Assembly (NCBI GenBank): GCA_965115835.1
Contig: OZ220471.1
Location: 71,037-135,036, forward strand
Direction: 5' to 3'
From: Gammaproteobacteria bacterium
Lineage (GTDB): Bacteria; Pseudomonadota; Gammaproteobacteria; Steroidobacterales; Foliamicaceae
DNA: 64,000 nucleotides
Shown here piece after piece: positions 43,848-52,700 of the stretch; position 1 is the stretch's first letter, and each line of letters starts with the position of its first letter. The position numbers were made by a program, and so were the translations under genes. Under the pieces are notes generated by a model, which saw only the letters and a list, made by a program, of their open reading frames with translations, was not told where the DNA came from and did not search any database.

Positions 43848-45143
43848 TCAGGTGCGCAATCGAAGGAGCAGGGCGGCGAGTCCGGCGAGGAACAGGGGTA
43901 CGGAGGCGATGAGATACAGATCGCCGCCGGTCCAGCCGGCTGCAAGCATCCACCCCGCGATGATGGGAGAGGCCACCCCGCCCACGCGCCCCAGGCCGAT
44001 TGCCACGCCGGTGCCCGTGGTGCGCACTTCGGTGGGGTACAACTGCGGGACGGCTGCGTAGGCGCCAATGATGCAGCCAGTGCCGAAAAACCCCACGAGG
44101 AAAGCCAGCGTAATGGCCGCCGCCAGTTCGCCCGACAGCAGTCCGAATGCGACCAGGGAGGCGCCGCCCAGCAAGCCGTAGCCCGACTGCAGCCAGTTCA
44201 GCCGCACCCGCGAGCCCATCAGGCCCAGCGCAATACCGCCGGCGACCGCGCCTGCGTTCAGGATGATTCCGCCCGAGAGCCCCGCTTCCTCGGACATTCC
44301 AGCGTCGATCAGGAGCTTGGGCGTCCATGACATGAAGAAGTAGAAGACCAGCAGGGAGCAGAAGAAGCACACCCAGATCAGCAGCGTGTTGCGCGCCCGC
44401 CCTTCCCTGAAGAGGCTGCCCGGCTTGGCGCGCTCGGGCTGCCGGCGCCCAACGGCCTCCAGTTCGGCCACCGGCGACTTGCGCATGCGTTCGAGCAGCC
44501 GGTTGACCTTGTCCAGCACATCGGGAGGGCGGCTGGACAGCAGGTAATCGAGGGATTCCGGCAGGGCGGCCATGGCCACCGGTATCATCAGGCCGGAAAG
44601 CGCCCCGCCGAACACGAAGGCCCAGCGCCAGCCGAGCTCGAGGATGATCGGCATCGCCAGGAGACCCCATATCAGGCCGCCCGCCGGAAAGCCCGACTGC
44701 AAAATGCTCAGGGCGAGCGTGCGGCGGCGCCTGGAGGAGTATTCCGAGACCACCACGGTAAGACTGGCGAGCATGGCGCCGATCCCGAGCCCGGTAAGGA
44801 AACGCAATGCGATCAGCTGCCCGTAATCGACCGCCAGTCCCGAAGCGAGCATGCCTGCGGTTACCGCGGTGAGTGACCAGAGGGTAGTTCGCCGCCTGCC
44901 GAAGAGGTCGGCCAGCGGGGCGAGGAAAAACGAACCCAATGCCATGCCGACGGGGCTGGCCGCCAGCAGCAGTCCGGTTATCCGGTCGTCGATTGCCCAG
45001 TCGCTCGCTACGAAGGGGGCGGTGAAGGACATCACCAGGACATCGTAGCCGTCGAGCATGTTGATCGCCAGACATACGGCGACCGCCCGCACCTGGAAGC
45101 CGCTCATCGGGGTGTTGTTGATCTGGTCCTGAACCGATTTCAT
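43848..45143 (-). CDS. MFS transporter, aromatic acid/H+ symporter (AAHS)-like
   Basis: ATG 45143 gives MKSVQDQINNTPMSGFQVRAVAVCLAINMLDGYDVLVMSF. It has 12 TM segments and the MFS loop motif LADLFGRRR. The upstream 158 codons of the track ORF overlap ygfZ and were not used. Confidence 0.8.
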   Translation of the reverse strand: MKSVQDQINNTPMSGFQVRAVAVCLAINMLDGYDVLVMSFTAPFVASDWAIDDRITGLLLAASPVGMALGSFFLAPLADLFGRRRTTLWSLTAVTAGMLASGLAVDYGQLIALRFLTGLGIGAMLASLTVVVSEYSSRRRRTLALSILQSGFPAGGLIWGLLAMPIILELGWRWAFVFGGALSGLMIPVAMAALPESLDYLLSSRPPDVLDKVNRLLERMRKSPVAELEAVGRRQPERAKPGSLFREGRARNTLLIWVCFFCSLLVFYFFMSWTPKLLIDAGMSEEAGLSGGIILNAGAVAGGIALGLMGSRVRLNWLQSGYGLLGGASLVAFGLLSGELAAAITLAFLVGFFGTGCIIGAYAAVPQLYPTEVRTTGTGVAIGLGRVGGVASPIIAGWMLAAGWTGGDLYLIASVPLFLAGLAALLLRLRT

Positions 45144-46048
45144 GGCTGTTCCTCGTGGCTTGTGCGATCGGACGCGAGCCGCACTTCGGCCAGCGCCTGC
45201 AGGCGCTGGCCGTCCGCTGCGGCGCAGATGATGGCCACCGCGCCCAGCCGGGAATGCCTGAGTCGGGCGCCGGGTTTCGCAGCGGTTTCGAGCGGGAGCC
45301 GGATGCGCTGCATGCGGCGCTTGGGGACGCCCCGGTATTCCATGCGCGCAATGATTTCCTGGCCCACGTAACAACCCTTGGTGAAACTCACGGCGCCGGA
45401 CCGGTCCAGATTCAGCGAGTGAGCCAGGAACTGCCCGGAGGTCGATTGCCCGATCCAGGGGATTTCCGCCTCGATGTCCGCCAGTCGCCAGCGTTCGGCC
45501 GTCCACCCGAGGTCCCCGGCGGCGTCGGACAAATCGGGCGGAGCGCCGAGCAGCAGCGCCCGGGTTCTCTCGCCCGGCAGCCGCACGGCGCAGTAACCGC
45601 GGCCTGCGGCGCACGCCCACGCCTCGTCCGGGACCGGGGCGTCATCCTGTTTCCGGCGAGGATCGGAAGCGCTCGTTTCCGTGCGGGCAAACAGCGCGTG
45701 GGCGTCCGCGCAGCCGAATACCGGTGTGCCGGACGGTTCGATGCGCACCCTGGAACGCAGCACGTAGCGGCTCAATCCGGCAGCGCAGGTTTCCGCCATC
45801 CCGGCGGGCAGGATCAGGAAGGTGGCGTTGTTCCACTCGACTGCCGCCATGAAGCACAGCACGCGGCCCTGACGATTGCACCAGGCCGCCGGAGCGCCCT
45901 CAGCCGGGGTGATCCGGTTCATGTCCTGGCTGAGTTGGCCCTGCAGGAAATCGCGCCGGTCCTCGCCGCTGACCCGGAGCGCGGCGAACTCCTCCAAGCG
46001 CAGGATAGCCGCCCGCCGCCCGCTCCCGGACGCGCCGCTAGCCCGCAT
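45140..46048 (-). CDS. ygfZ: folate-binding Fe/S-cluster-related protein YgfZ (GcvT-like)
   Basis: RVSGEDRRDFLQGQLSQD and the signature SFTKGCYVGQEIIARMEYRG. The stop overlaps the transporter start (ATGA). Confidence 0.8.
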   Translation of the reverse strand: MRASGASGSGRRAAILRLEEFAALRVSGEDRRDFLQGQLSQDMNRITPAEGAPAAWCNRQGRVLCFMAAVEWNNATFLILPAGMAETCAAGLSRYVLRSRVRIEPSGTPVFGCADAHALFARTETSASDPRRKQDDAPVPDEAWACAAGRGYCAVRLPGERTRALLLGAPPDLSDAAGDLGWTAERWRLADIEAEIPWIGQSTSGQFLAHSLNLDRSGAVSFTKGCYVGQEIIARMEYRGVPKRRMQRIRLPLETAAKPGARLRHSRLGAVAIICAAADGQRLQALAEVRLASDRTSHEEQP

Positions 46049-46121
46049 GTCTCACCGCGCATGCGATTCCGTGCGGGCTACAATTACGCACTCGAGCGAC
46101 CCTCCTCATTCGGTTCCGCCA

Positions 46122-46520
46122 ATGCCCTCCACCGTCAACCGGCCGATCTCGCCCCACCTGTCAGTATATCGGTGGCAGTACACCATGGCTCTTTCCGTTC
46201 TGCACCGGTTTACCGGGGTGCTGTTGTCGGTGGGCGCTGTCGGGCTGGTCGCTTGCCTTCTGGCCCTGGCCTCGGGACCCCCCGGAGGCGCTGTCCTCGA
46301 GAGACTGTTCGAGTTCGGGATCGTCCGGCTGGCGGCGCTGGGATGGACATATTGCCTCTTCTACCACCTCGCCAACGGCGTTCGGCATCTGTTTTGGGAC
46401 GCCGGGCTCGGTTTCGGTCTGCGGCGCGCGCGCCTTTCCGGATGGTTTGTTTTCCTGACTTCACTGGCGGCCACTGCGGCATACTGGTGGTTCGGGCCGT
46501 TCGGGGGCCGGTTGCCGTGA
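46122..46520 (+). CDS. sdhC: succinate dehydrogenase cytochrome b556 subunit
   Basis: ATG 46122 gives MPSTVNRPISPHLSVYRWQYTMALSVLHRFTGVLL, with three TM helices. Confidence 0.9.
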   Translation: MPSTVNRPISPHLSVYRWQYTMALSVLHRFTGVLLSVGAVGLVACLLALASGPPGGAVLERLFEFGIVRLAALGWTYCLFYHLANGVRHLFWDAGLGFGLRRARLSGWFVFLTSLAATAAYWWFGPFGGRLP

Positions 46521-46894
46521 GCTTGCGCAGTCCCCTGGGGCGCGCCGCCGGCCTGGGTTCGGCGGGCCGCGGAACCGGCCACTGGTGGGCGCAGCGCACC
46601 AGCGCCGTGGCGCTGGCGCTTCTGGCGCCGTGGTTCCTGATTCGTCTGGCGTCGCTGCCCACCCTGCAATACGAGGATCTCCTGCATTGCTTCCACGGGC
46701 TGGGGGACGCCGCCTTGCTCGCCGCCTTCGTGCTGGCGCTGCTGTACCACTCCGAACTGGGCGTGCGCGTGGTGCTGGAGGACTATGTGGGCGGCGGATT
46801 GCGGGTGGCCTGCCTGATAGTCTCCAGGTTCCTGCATGCCGGTCTGGCCCTGACTGGTATGCTCGCCATTGTTCGCATCGTTACCCGGATCTGA
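46517..46894 (+). CDS. sdhD: succinate dehydrogenase hydrophobic membrane anchor subunit
   Basis: GTG 46517 overlaps the sdhC stop (GTGA). ...GTGHWWAQRTSAVALALLAPWF...HSELGVRVVLEDY... is the SdhD pattern. Only the last 125 codons of the 579-aa track ORF are used. Confidence 0.85.
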   Translation: MSLRSPLGRAAGLGSAGRGTGHWWAQRTSAVALALLAPWFLIRLASLPTLQYEDLLHCFHGLGDAALLAAFVLALLYHSELGVRVVLEDYVGGGLRVACLIVSRFLHAGLALTGMLAIVRIVTRI

Positions 46895-46912
46895 ACGGGA
46901 CTGTCGAGAACC

Positions 46913-48688
46913 ATGCCCGGCGACTATTCCCTGATTGACCACAGCTTCGATGTGGTTGTGGTGGGCGCCGGCGGCGCGGGCCTGCGCGCCACCTTCGGGC
47001 TGGCCGAGGCGGGGCTGGCCACGGCCTGCGTCACCAAGGTGTTTCCCACGCGCAGCCACACCGTGTCCGCGCAGGGCGGCATCAGCGCCGCGCTCGGCAA
47101 CATGGGCGAGGACGACTGGCGCTGGCACATGTATGACACGGTCAAGGGCTCGGACTGGCTGGGCGACCAGGACGCCATCGAGTACATGTGCAAGGAAGCG
47201 CCGAGGGCGGTGATCGAACTGGAGCACTACGGTTTGCCCTTCTCGCGCACCGGGGACGGGCGCATCTACCAGCGCGCCTTCGGCGGCATGACCACCCATT
47301 ACGGCGAGGGGCAGGCGGTGCGCACCTGCGCAGCCGCCGACCGCACTGGCCACGCCATGCTGCACACGCTCTACCAGCAGTCGCTGCGCCATGAGGCGCG
47401 GTTCTTCATCGAGTACTTCGCAATCGACCTCATCATGGTTGACGGCGTTTGCCGCGGCGTGGTGGCCATTGATCTTGCCACCGGCAAGCTGCACCGCTTC
47501 AACGCGCATCGCGTCATCCTGGCTACGGGCGGCTACGGCCGCGCCTATTACACCTGCACTTCGGCGCATACCTGCACCGGCGACGGTAACGGAATGGTCC
47601 TGCGCGCCGGCCTGCCGCTGATGGATATGGAGTTCGTGCAGTTCCATCCCACCGGCATCCCCGGCGCCGGTTGCCTGATTTCCGAGGGTGTGCGCGGCGA
47701 GGGCGGCTATCTCACCAATTCCGGGAGCGAGCGCTTCATGGAGCGCTACGCTCCGTCAGCCAGGGATCTGGCCTCCCGCGATGTGGTCAGCCGGGCGATT
47801 ACGCTGGAATTGCGCGAGGGAAGGGGGTTGGGGCCGCACAAGGACCATGTTCATCTGAATATCATGCACCTGGATCCGGCGCTGATTGCCGAGCGTTTGC
47901 CGGGAATTGCCGAAACCGCCAGGGTTTTCGCCAATGTGGATGTTACCCGCGAACCGATTCCCGTGGCGCCGACGGTTCACTACAACATGGGCGGCATTCC
48001 AACCAACTATCACGGCGAGGCGCTTCGGGATCGGGACGGCGTTGCCCCGGGCCTGCTGGCCGTGGGCGAGGCAGCCTGCGTATCGGTACACGGCGCCAAC
48101 CGTCTGGGCTCCAATTCGCTGCTCGACCTGGTGGTGTTCGGTCGGGCCGCTGCGCGGCGCTGCGCGGAAACCCTGCGCGGCGAGGGCCATCCGGGGCCGC
48201 TGCCTGCGGGCGCAGGCGAGGAAGCCGTTGCCCGTCTGGACCGTGTGCGCCATGCCGACGGCGCCCGCGCCACCGCCGGGATCCGCGTCGAAATGCAGCG
48301 CATCATGCAGGATCACGCCTCGGTGTTCCGCACCGGCGAAGCGCTTGCCGATGGAGTGGACAAGCTGAAAGCAACGCTGCAGAGCTTCTCCGACGTGAAG
48401 GTTGCGGATCGCTCGCTGATCTGGAACACCGACCTGATCGAGACCCTGGAACTGGAGAACCTGCTCGGCCAGTCCATGGCCACCCTGGCGTCGGCCGTCG
48501 CTCGCGAGGAAAGCCGGGGCGCTCATGCTCGCGAGGACTTTCCCGGGCGCGACGACGACCACTGGCTCAAGCACAGCCTGGCCTGGGTGGATCGAGCCGG
48601 CAATACCCGGCTCGATTACCGGCCGGTGCGCCTGGACACCATGACCGACGAGGTCGAGACGGTTGCCCTCAAGCAACGCGTGTATTAG
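46913..48688 (+). CDS. sdhA: succinate dehydrogenase flavoprotein subunit
   Basis: [27 protein letters not shown] (covalent FAD His), HPTG, and the C-terminus ...LKQRVY. Confidence 0.95.
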   Translation: MPGDYSLIDHSFDVVVVGAGGAGLRATFGLAEAGLATACVTKVFPTRSHTVSAQGGISAALGNMGEDDWRWHMYDTVKGSDWLGDQDAIEYMCKEAPRAVIELEHYGLPFSRTGDGRIYQRAFGGMTTHYGEGQAVRTCAAADRTGHAMLHTLYQQSLRHEARFFIEYFAIDLIMVDGVCRGVVAIDLATGKLHRFNAHRVILATGGYGRAYYTCTSAHTCTGDGNGMVLRAGLPLMDMEFVQFHPTGIPGAGCLISEGVRGEGGYLTNSGSERFMERYAPSARDLASRDVVSRAITLELREGRGLGPHKDHVHLNIMHLDPALIAERLPGIAETARVFANVDVTREPIPVAPTVHYNMGGIPTNYHGEALRDRDGVAPGLLAVGEAACVSVHGANRLGSNSLLDLVVFGRAAARRCAETLRGEGHPGPLPAGAGEEAVARLDRVRHADGARATAGIRVEMQRIMQDHASVFRTGEALADGVDKLKATLQSFSDVKVADRSLIWNTDLIETLELENLLGQSMATLASAVAREESRGAHAREDFPGRDDDHWLKHSLAWVDRAGNTRLDYRPVRLDTMTDEVETVALKQRVY

Positions 48689-48789
48689 CCCGCATATTTC
48701 GCCATCGCGTCTTCGTCGAAGCCCACAGTGAATCGGAAGGTCGGCAGCCGCGTACCAGTCATCATGCCCCGTGATATCCCGCGCCAATG

Positions 48790-48910
48790 CAGCAATTCCC
48801 GCTAATGATGCAGAGTCGTTCGTTCAGGGCCGAATACCCAAGCTTGTGACCATTCGGGCGTTGGACCGAAGCTGATTTTCCAGCATTGCTACGCTTGGCG
48901 GGAATTGCTG
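48790..48910 (+). mobile_element. 121-bp MITE-like element, copy 2 (13-bp terminal inverted repeats, perfect 9-bp target-site duplication)
   Basis: The ends are CAGCAATTCCCGC and GCGGGAATTGCTG. It is flanked by identical GCGCCAATG at 48781-48789 and 48911-48919, and has the same orientation as copy 1. Confidence 0.8.
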
Positions 48911-49002
48911 GCGCCAATGCGACCGCGCAGGCAAGGATTACCATCGACCTCGCGCCCGCCGCACCGGCGGCGCGAGCCTGCCGCCACAACCTTTCACCTG
49001 CA

Positions 49003-49013
49003 CTATCTGATAG
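49003..49013. promoter_or_regulatory. palindrome CTATC-T-GATAG upstream of vapB (candidate antitoxin operator)
   Basis: It lies 58 nt upstream of the vapB ATG. RHH antitoxins typically bind short palindromes in their own promoters. This is inference only. Confidence 0.3.
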
Positions 49014-49070
49014 CATGATTCGGATGATGACCGCCCGCCTTGGGCTTTCCATCGAACAGGAGGCGCACGC

Positions 49071-49328
49071 ATGAGCACCAGCATCACCGTCCGCGACATC
49101 GACCCCGGGGACAAGTCCTGGCTCCGGCGCGAAGCGCGGCAGGTTGGCGTGTCGATGGAAGAACTCGTCCGCCGCCTGATCCGCGAAAAGCGCGCGAAGA
49201 CCGAGCGCCGCCCGAAACCGTCCGAGGCCTTCGCACGGCATTTCGGAGAGGCGCACGGGATCGAACTTCCGGCGCCGATGCGTTGCGGCTACAAACCGCT
49301 GTCGTTCTCCGGCAGGGACGGGGAATGA
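49071..49328 (+). CDS. vapB: FitA/VapB-type ribbon-helix-helix antitoxin
   Basis: This is an 85-aa protein. MSTSITVRDIDPGDKSWLRREARQVGVSMEELVRRLI is the Arc/FitA-like RHH pattern. CAGGAGG lies 8 nt upstream of the ATG. Confidence 0.8.
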   Translation: MSTSITVRDIDPGDKSWLRREARQVGVSMEELVRRLIREKRAKTERRPKPSEAFARHFGEAHGIELPAPMRCGYKPLSFSGRDGE

Positions 49329-49774
49329 CCGGCCCGCTCGCGTGGCTGATTGACGCAAACGTCATCTCCGAAATGATGCGCCCGCGGCCCGAGCCGCGTG
49401 TGGCCGCCTTTCTCGATCTCATCGCCGGCGAGGGCATAGGTCTCGCGTCCATTACTGTCTGGGAGATACTTGACGGCATCGGCCGTCTCGCCCCCGGCCG
49501 TCGCCGGCGTGTCCTCACCGACCGGTTCCACAGTCTTGTCGACGAGTTGTTCGAGGATCGGATCGTTGTCTGGACCCTGGCCGATGCCCGGGAGTGCGCG
49601 CGCATCATGGAGGACAAGCGCAGGCGCGGGGAGCCGCTCGACGACCATGTGCCGGACGCCTTCCTCGCCGCGGCCGCAGTCACGCGCGGGCTCGCCGTCG
49701 TGACGCGCAACACCGGCGAGTTCCGCAACACCGGCGCCAAGACTGTCAATCCCTGGACGGCGGCGCCGCGATGA
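49325..49774 (+). CDS. vapC: PIN-domain toxin (VapC/FitB type)
   Basis: ATG 49325 overlaps the vapB stop (ATGA). WLIDANVISEMMRPRP...VWEILDG...DAFLAAAAVTRGLAVVTRNTGEF carries the acidic PIN residues. The track ORF start at 49040 is in the same frame but runs through vapB. Confidence 0.85.
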   Translation: MTGPLAWLIDANVISEMMRPRPEPRVAAFLDLIAGEGIGLASITVWEILDGIGRLAPGRRRRVLTDRFHSLVDELFEDRIVVWTLADARECARIMEDKRRRGEPLDDHVPDAFLAAAAVTRGLAVVTRNTGEFRNTGAKTVNPWTAAPR

Positions 49775-52700
49775 GTCCGCTCGATCGCCTGCTCGAGTCC
49801 TATCGGGCCGACGCCTTGAGTGAGCGCGACAAGGGCACGGCGTTCGAGAAGCTGGTCGCCGTCTGGCTGGTCGCCGATCCGGTGCAGGCCAAGCGCTTTC
49901 AAAAGGCCGAACTCTGGTCCGATTGGGCGCGCCGCCAGCAACGGGATCGCAGCGACATCGGGATCGATCTTGTGGCGACGCGCCATGACGGCGGTCTGGC
50001 CGCTATCCAGTGCAAGTTCCTCGACGCCAACCGCAGCGTCAGCAAGGGGGATATCGACAGTTTCATCTCGGCTTCGGCGAAGCCAATGTTCGTGGAACGC
50101 GTGATCGTGGAGACCACGGACATGCCGTGGAGCCCGAACGCCGAGAAAACGCTGCGCGAACAGACGGTCCCGACAACACGGATCGGCCTCCGGGCGTTGC
50201 GCGAAAGCGTGGTGGACTGGTCGGCATTCGCAGCGACAGGCGAGATCGCGCGCCCCGCCCCGAAGACCCTGCGGCAGGATCAGACCGAGGCGCTGGAGGC
50301 GGTGCGAACGGGGCTGGCCGAAGCCGACCGGGGCAAGCTCATCATGGCCTGCGGTACGGGAAAGACGCTGACGGCCTTGCGCATCGCCGAGGAGTTGGCG
50401 GGCGCCGGCGGGCATGTGCTGTGCCTCATGCCGTCGCTTGCGCTGATGGCGCAGACGGTGCGCGAATGGTGCGCCGATGCGGAACTTCCGCTTACCGCCT
50501 TTGCCGTGTGCTCGGACGCACAGGTGGGGCGTCGCCGGAAGAACCAGAACGATGTCGCGGAGATTGAAGTTACCGATCTTGCTCTCCCGGCGACGACGGA
50601 CGCGGTGGCTCTTGCGCAGGCGGTCGCCGCGTCGGACACCGGCGCCCTGCGCGTTGTGTTTGCGACCTACCAGTCGATTTCGGTGATTGCCGCCGGTCAG
50701 CAAAGCCACGACCTTCCCGAGTTCGACCTGATCGTCTGCGACGAAGCCCATCGCACCACCGGCGCCACGTTCCCCGGAGAAGATCAGTCCGACTTTGTAA
50801 AGGTGCATGACAACGAAGTCATTCGGGGCGCCAAGCGTCTCTACATGACCGCAACGCCCCGCATCTATGGCGAGAATGCGAAGTCCATGGCGCGCGATGC
50901 GCGGGCCGATCTGGCGTCGATGGATGACCCGGACTGTTACGGCGAGGTGCTGTTCCATCACGGCTTTGCGCAGGCGGTCGAGAGCGGCATCCTGACCGAC
51001 TACCGGGTGATCGTTCTGGCCATGGACGAGGGGCAGGTGAGCACTGCGACACAGAAACGCCTCGCCGACGAAAACTCGGAACTGAAGCTGGACGACGCAA
51101 CGAGGATTGTCGGTTGCTGGAAGGCGCTGTCGAAAACCGGACTTGCGGGAACGGGCGCGGACGATTCCGGGCCGATGCGCCGCGCCCTGGCGTTCTGCCG
51201 CAGTATCGCCAGCTCGAAGCTGGTTCGCGACGAGTTCGAGCTGGTGGTATCGGAATTCCAGTCGTCGGAGCTCCAGTCTGAAAGCGAGGGCGCCAGCTTG
51301 AACGGCTTGTCCTGCGAAGTTGAACATGTGGACGGCACATACAACGCCCGCGAGCGGGGCAGGAGACTGGACTGGCTGAAAGAGGAGGCGGGCGCAAATG
51401 TTTGCCGAATCCTGAGCAATGCGCGATGCCTCACCGAGGGCGTGGATGTGCCGGCGCTCGACGCGATCCTGTTCCTTCATCCGCGCAACAGCCAGATCGA
51501 TGTGGTGCAGGCGGTGGGAAGGGTGATGCGCAGGGCGCCCGGCAAGCGGATGGGCTACGTGATCCTCCCGGTTGGCGTCCCGCCGGGAGTTTCGGCGGAT
51601 GTGGCGCTCGGCGACAACCAGAAGTATCGGGTTGTCTGGCAGATTCTGAACGCGCTGCGCGCCCATGACGAAAGGCTGGACGCGGTCATCAACCAGGGTG
51701 GCCTGGGTCAGGATGTCAGCGACCGGATTGCAGTCGTGGACGGCAGGGGGCCGGGCGCCAGCGCCGAACTCAAGGCGGTAACGGCAACGGTGGAAGACCT
51801 GCCCGGCCACTCCGGCGCGCGCGGTTCGGACATCGGAGAAGGGGGCGGAAGCGGCTCCGGGGAACAGGGCGAAGGCCAACAGCAAAGGCCGTTGCTTATC
51901 GACGAATTCTCGCGCGCCGTGATGGCGAAGATCGTCGAGAAGTGCGGCACACGCGAGTACTGGGAAGACTGGGCAAGCGATGTGGCCGCAATCGCGGAGC
52001 GCCACATCACCCGGATCGCGAGTCTGGTGGAGCAGCCCGGCAGCGACGCCCGGGCCTTCTTCCGGGACTTCCTCAAGGAACTTCGTGACGATCTCAACGA
52101 ATCCGTCACGGAAGGCGACGCCATCGAGATGCTCGCTCAGCATCTGATTACCCGCCCCGTGTTCGATGCGCTGTTTGAAGGACACTCGTTCGTCGACAAG
52201 AACCCCGTTTCGGCGGCGATGACCGAGATCCTGTCGGTCATCGACGAAGCGCAGGTTGAGCGCGAGGCGCAGCAGCTCGAGGGTTTCTACGCCTCCGTGC
52301 GCCGGCGGGCGGCGGGGATTACCGATCCGCGGGCGCGGCAGAACCTGATCGTCGAGCTCTACGACAAGTTCTTCCGGGGCGCGTTTCCGCGCACCACGAA
52401 GATGCTCGGCATCGTCTACACGCCGGTCGAGATCGTGGACTTCATCATCCGCTCGGCAAACGATGCGCTGCAGGAGCAGTTCGGCCAGCCGCTTGGCTCG
52501 CAAGGCGTCCACATCCTCGATCCCTTCGCCGGCACGGGCGCCTTCGTCACCCGACTGCTGCAATCGGGCCTGATCCCCTCCGAGGACCTGGAGCGCAAGT
52601 ACCGCGAGGAGATCCACGCCAACGAAATCGTGCTGCTCGCCTACTACATCGCCGCCATCAACATCGAGTCCGTCTTCCACTCGGTCGCCGGACGCAACGA

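Noticed and set aside
48685-48765. 26-aa minus-strand [29 protein letters not shown] abutting the MITE and overlapping the sdhA stop
   Set aside because: It is too short to evaluate without database searches. It could be the tail of a gene disrupted by the MITE, but I cannot support that from the sequence alone.
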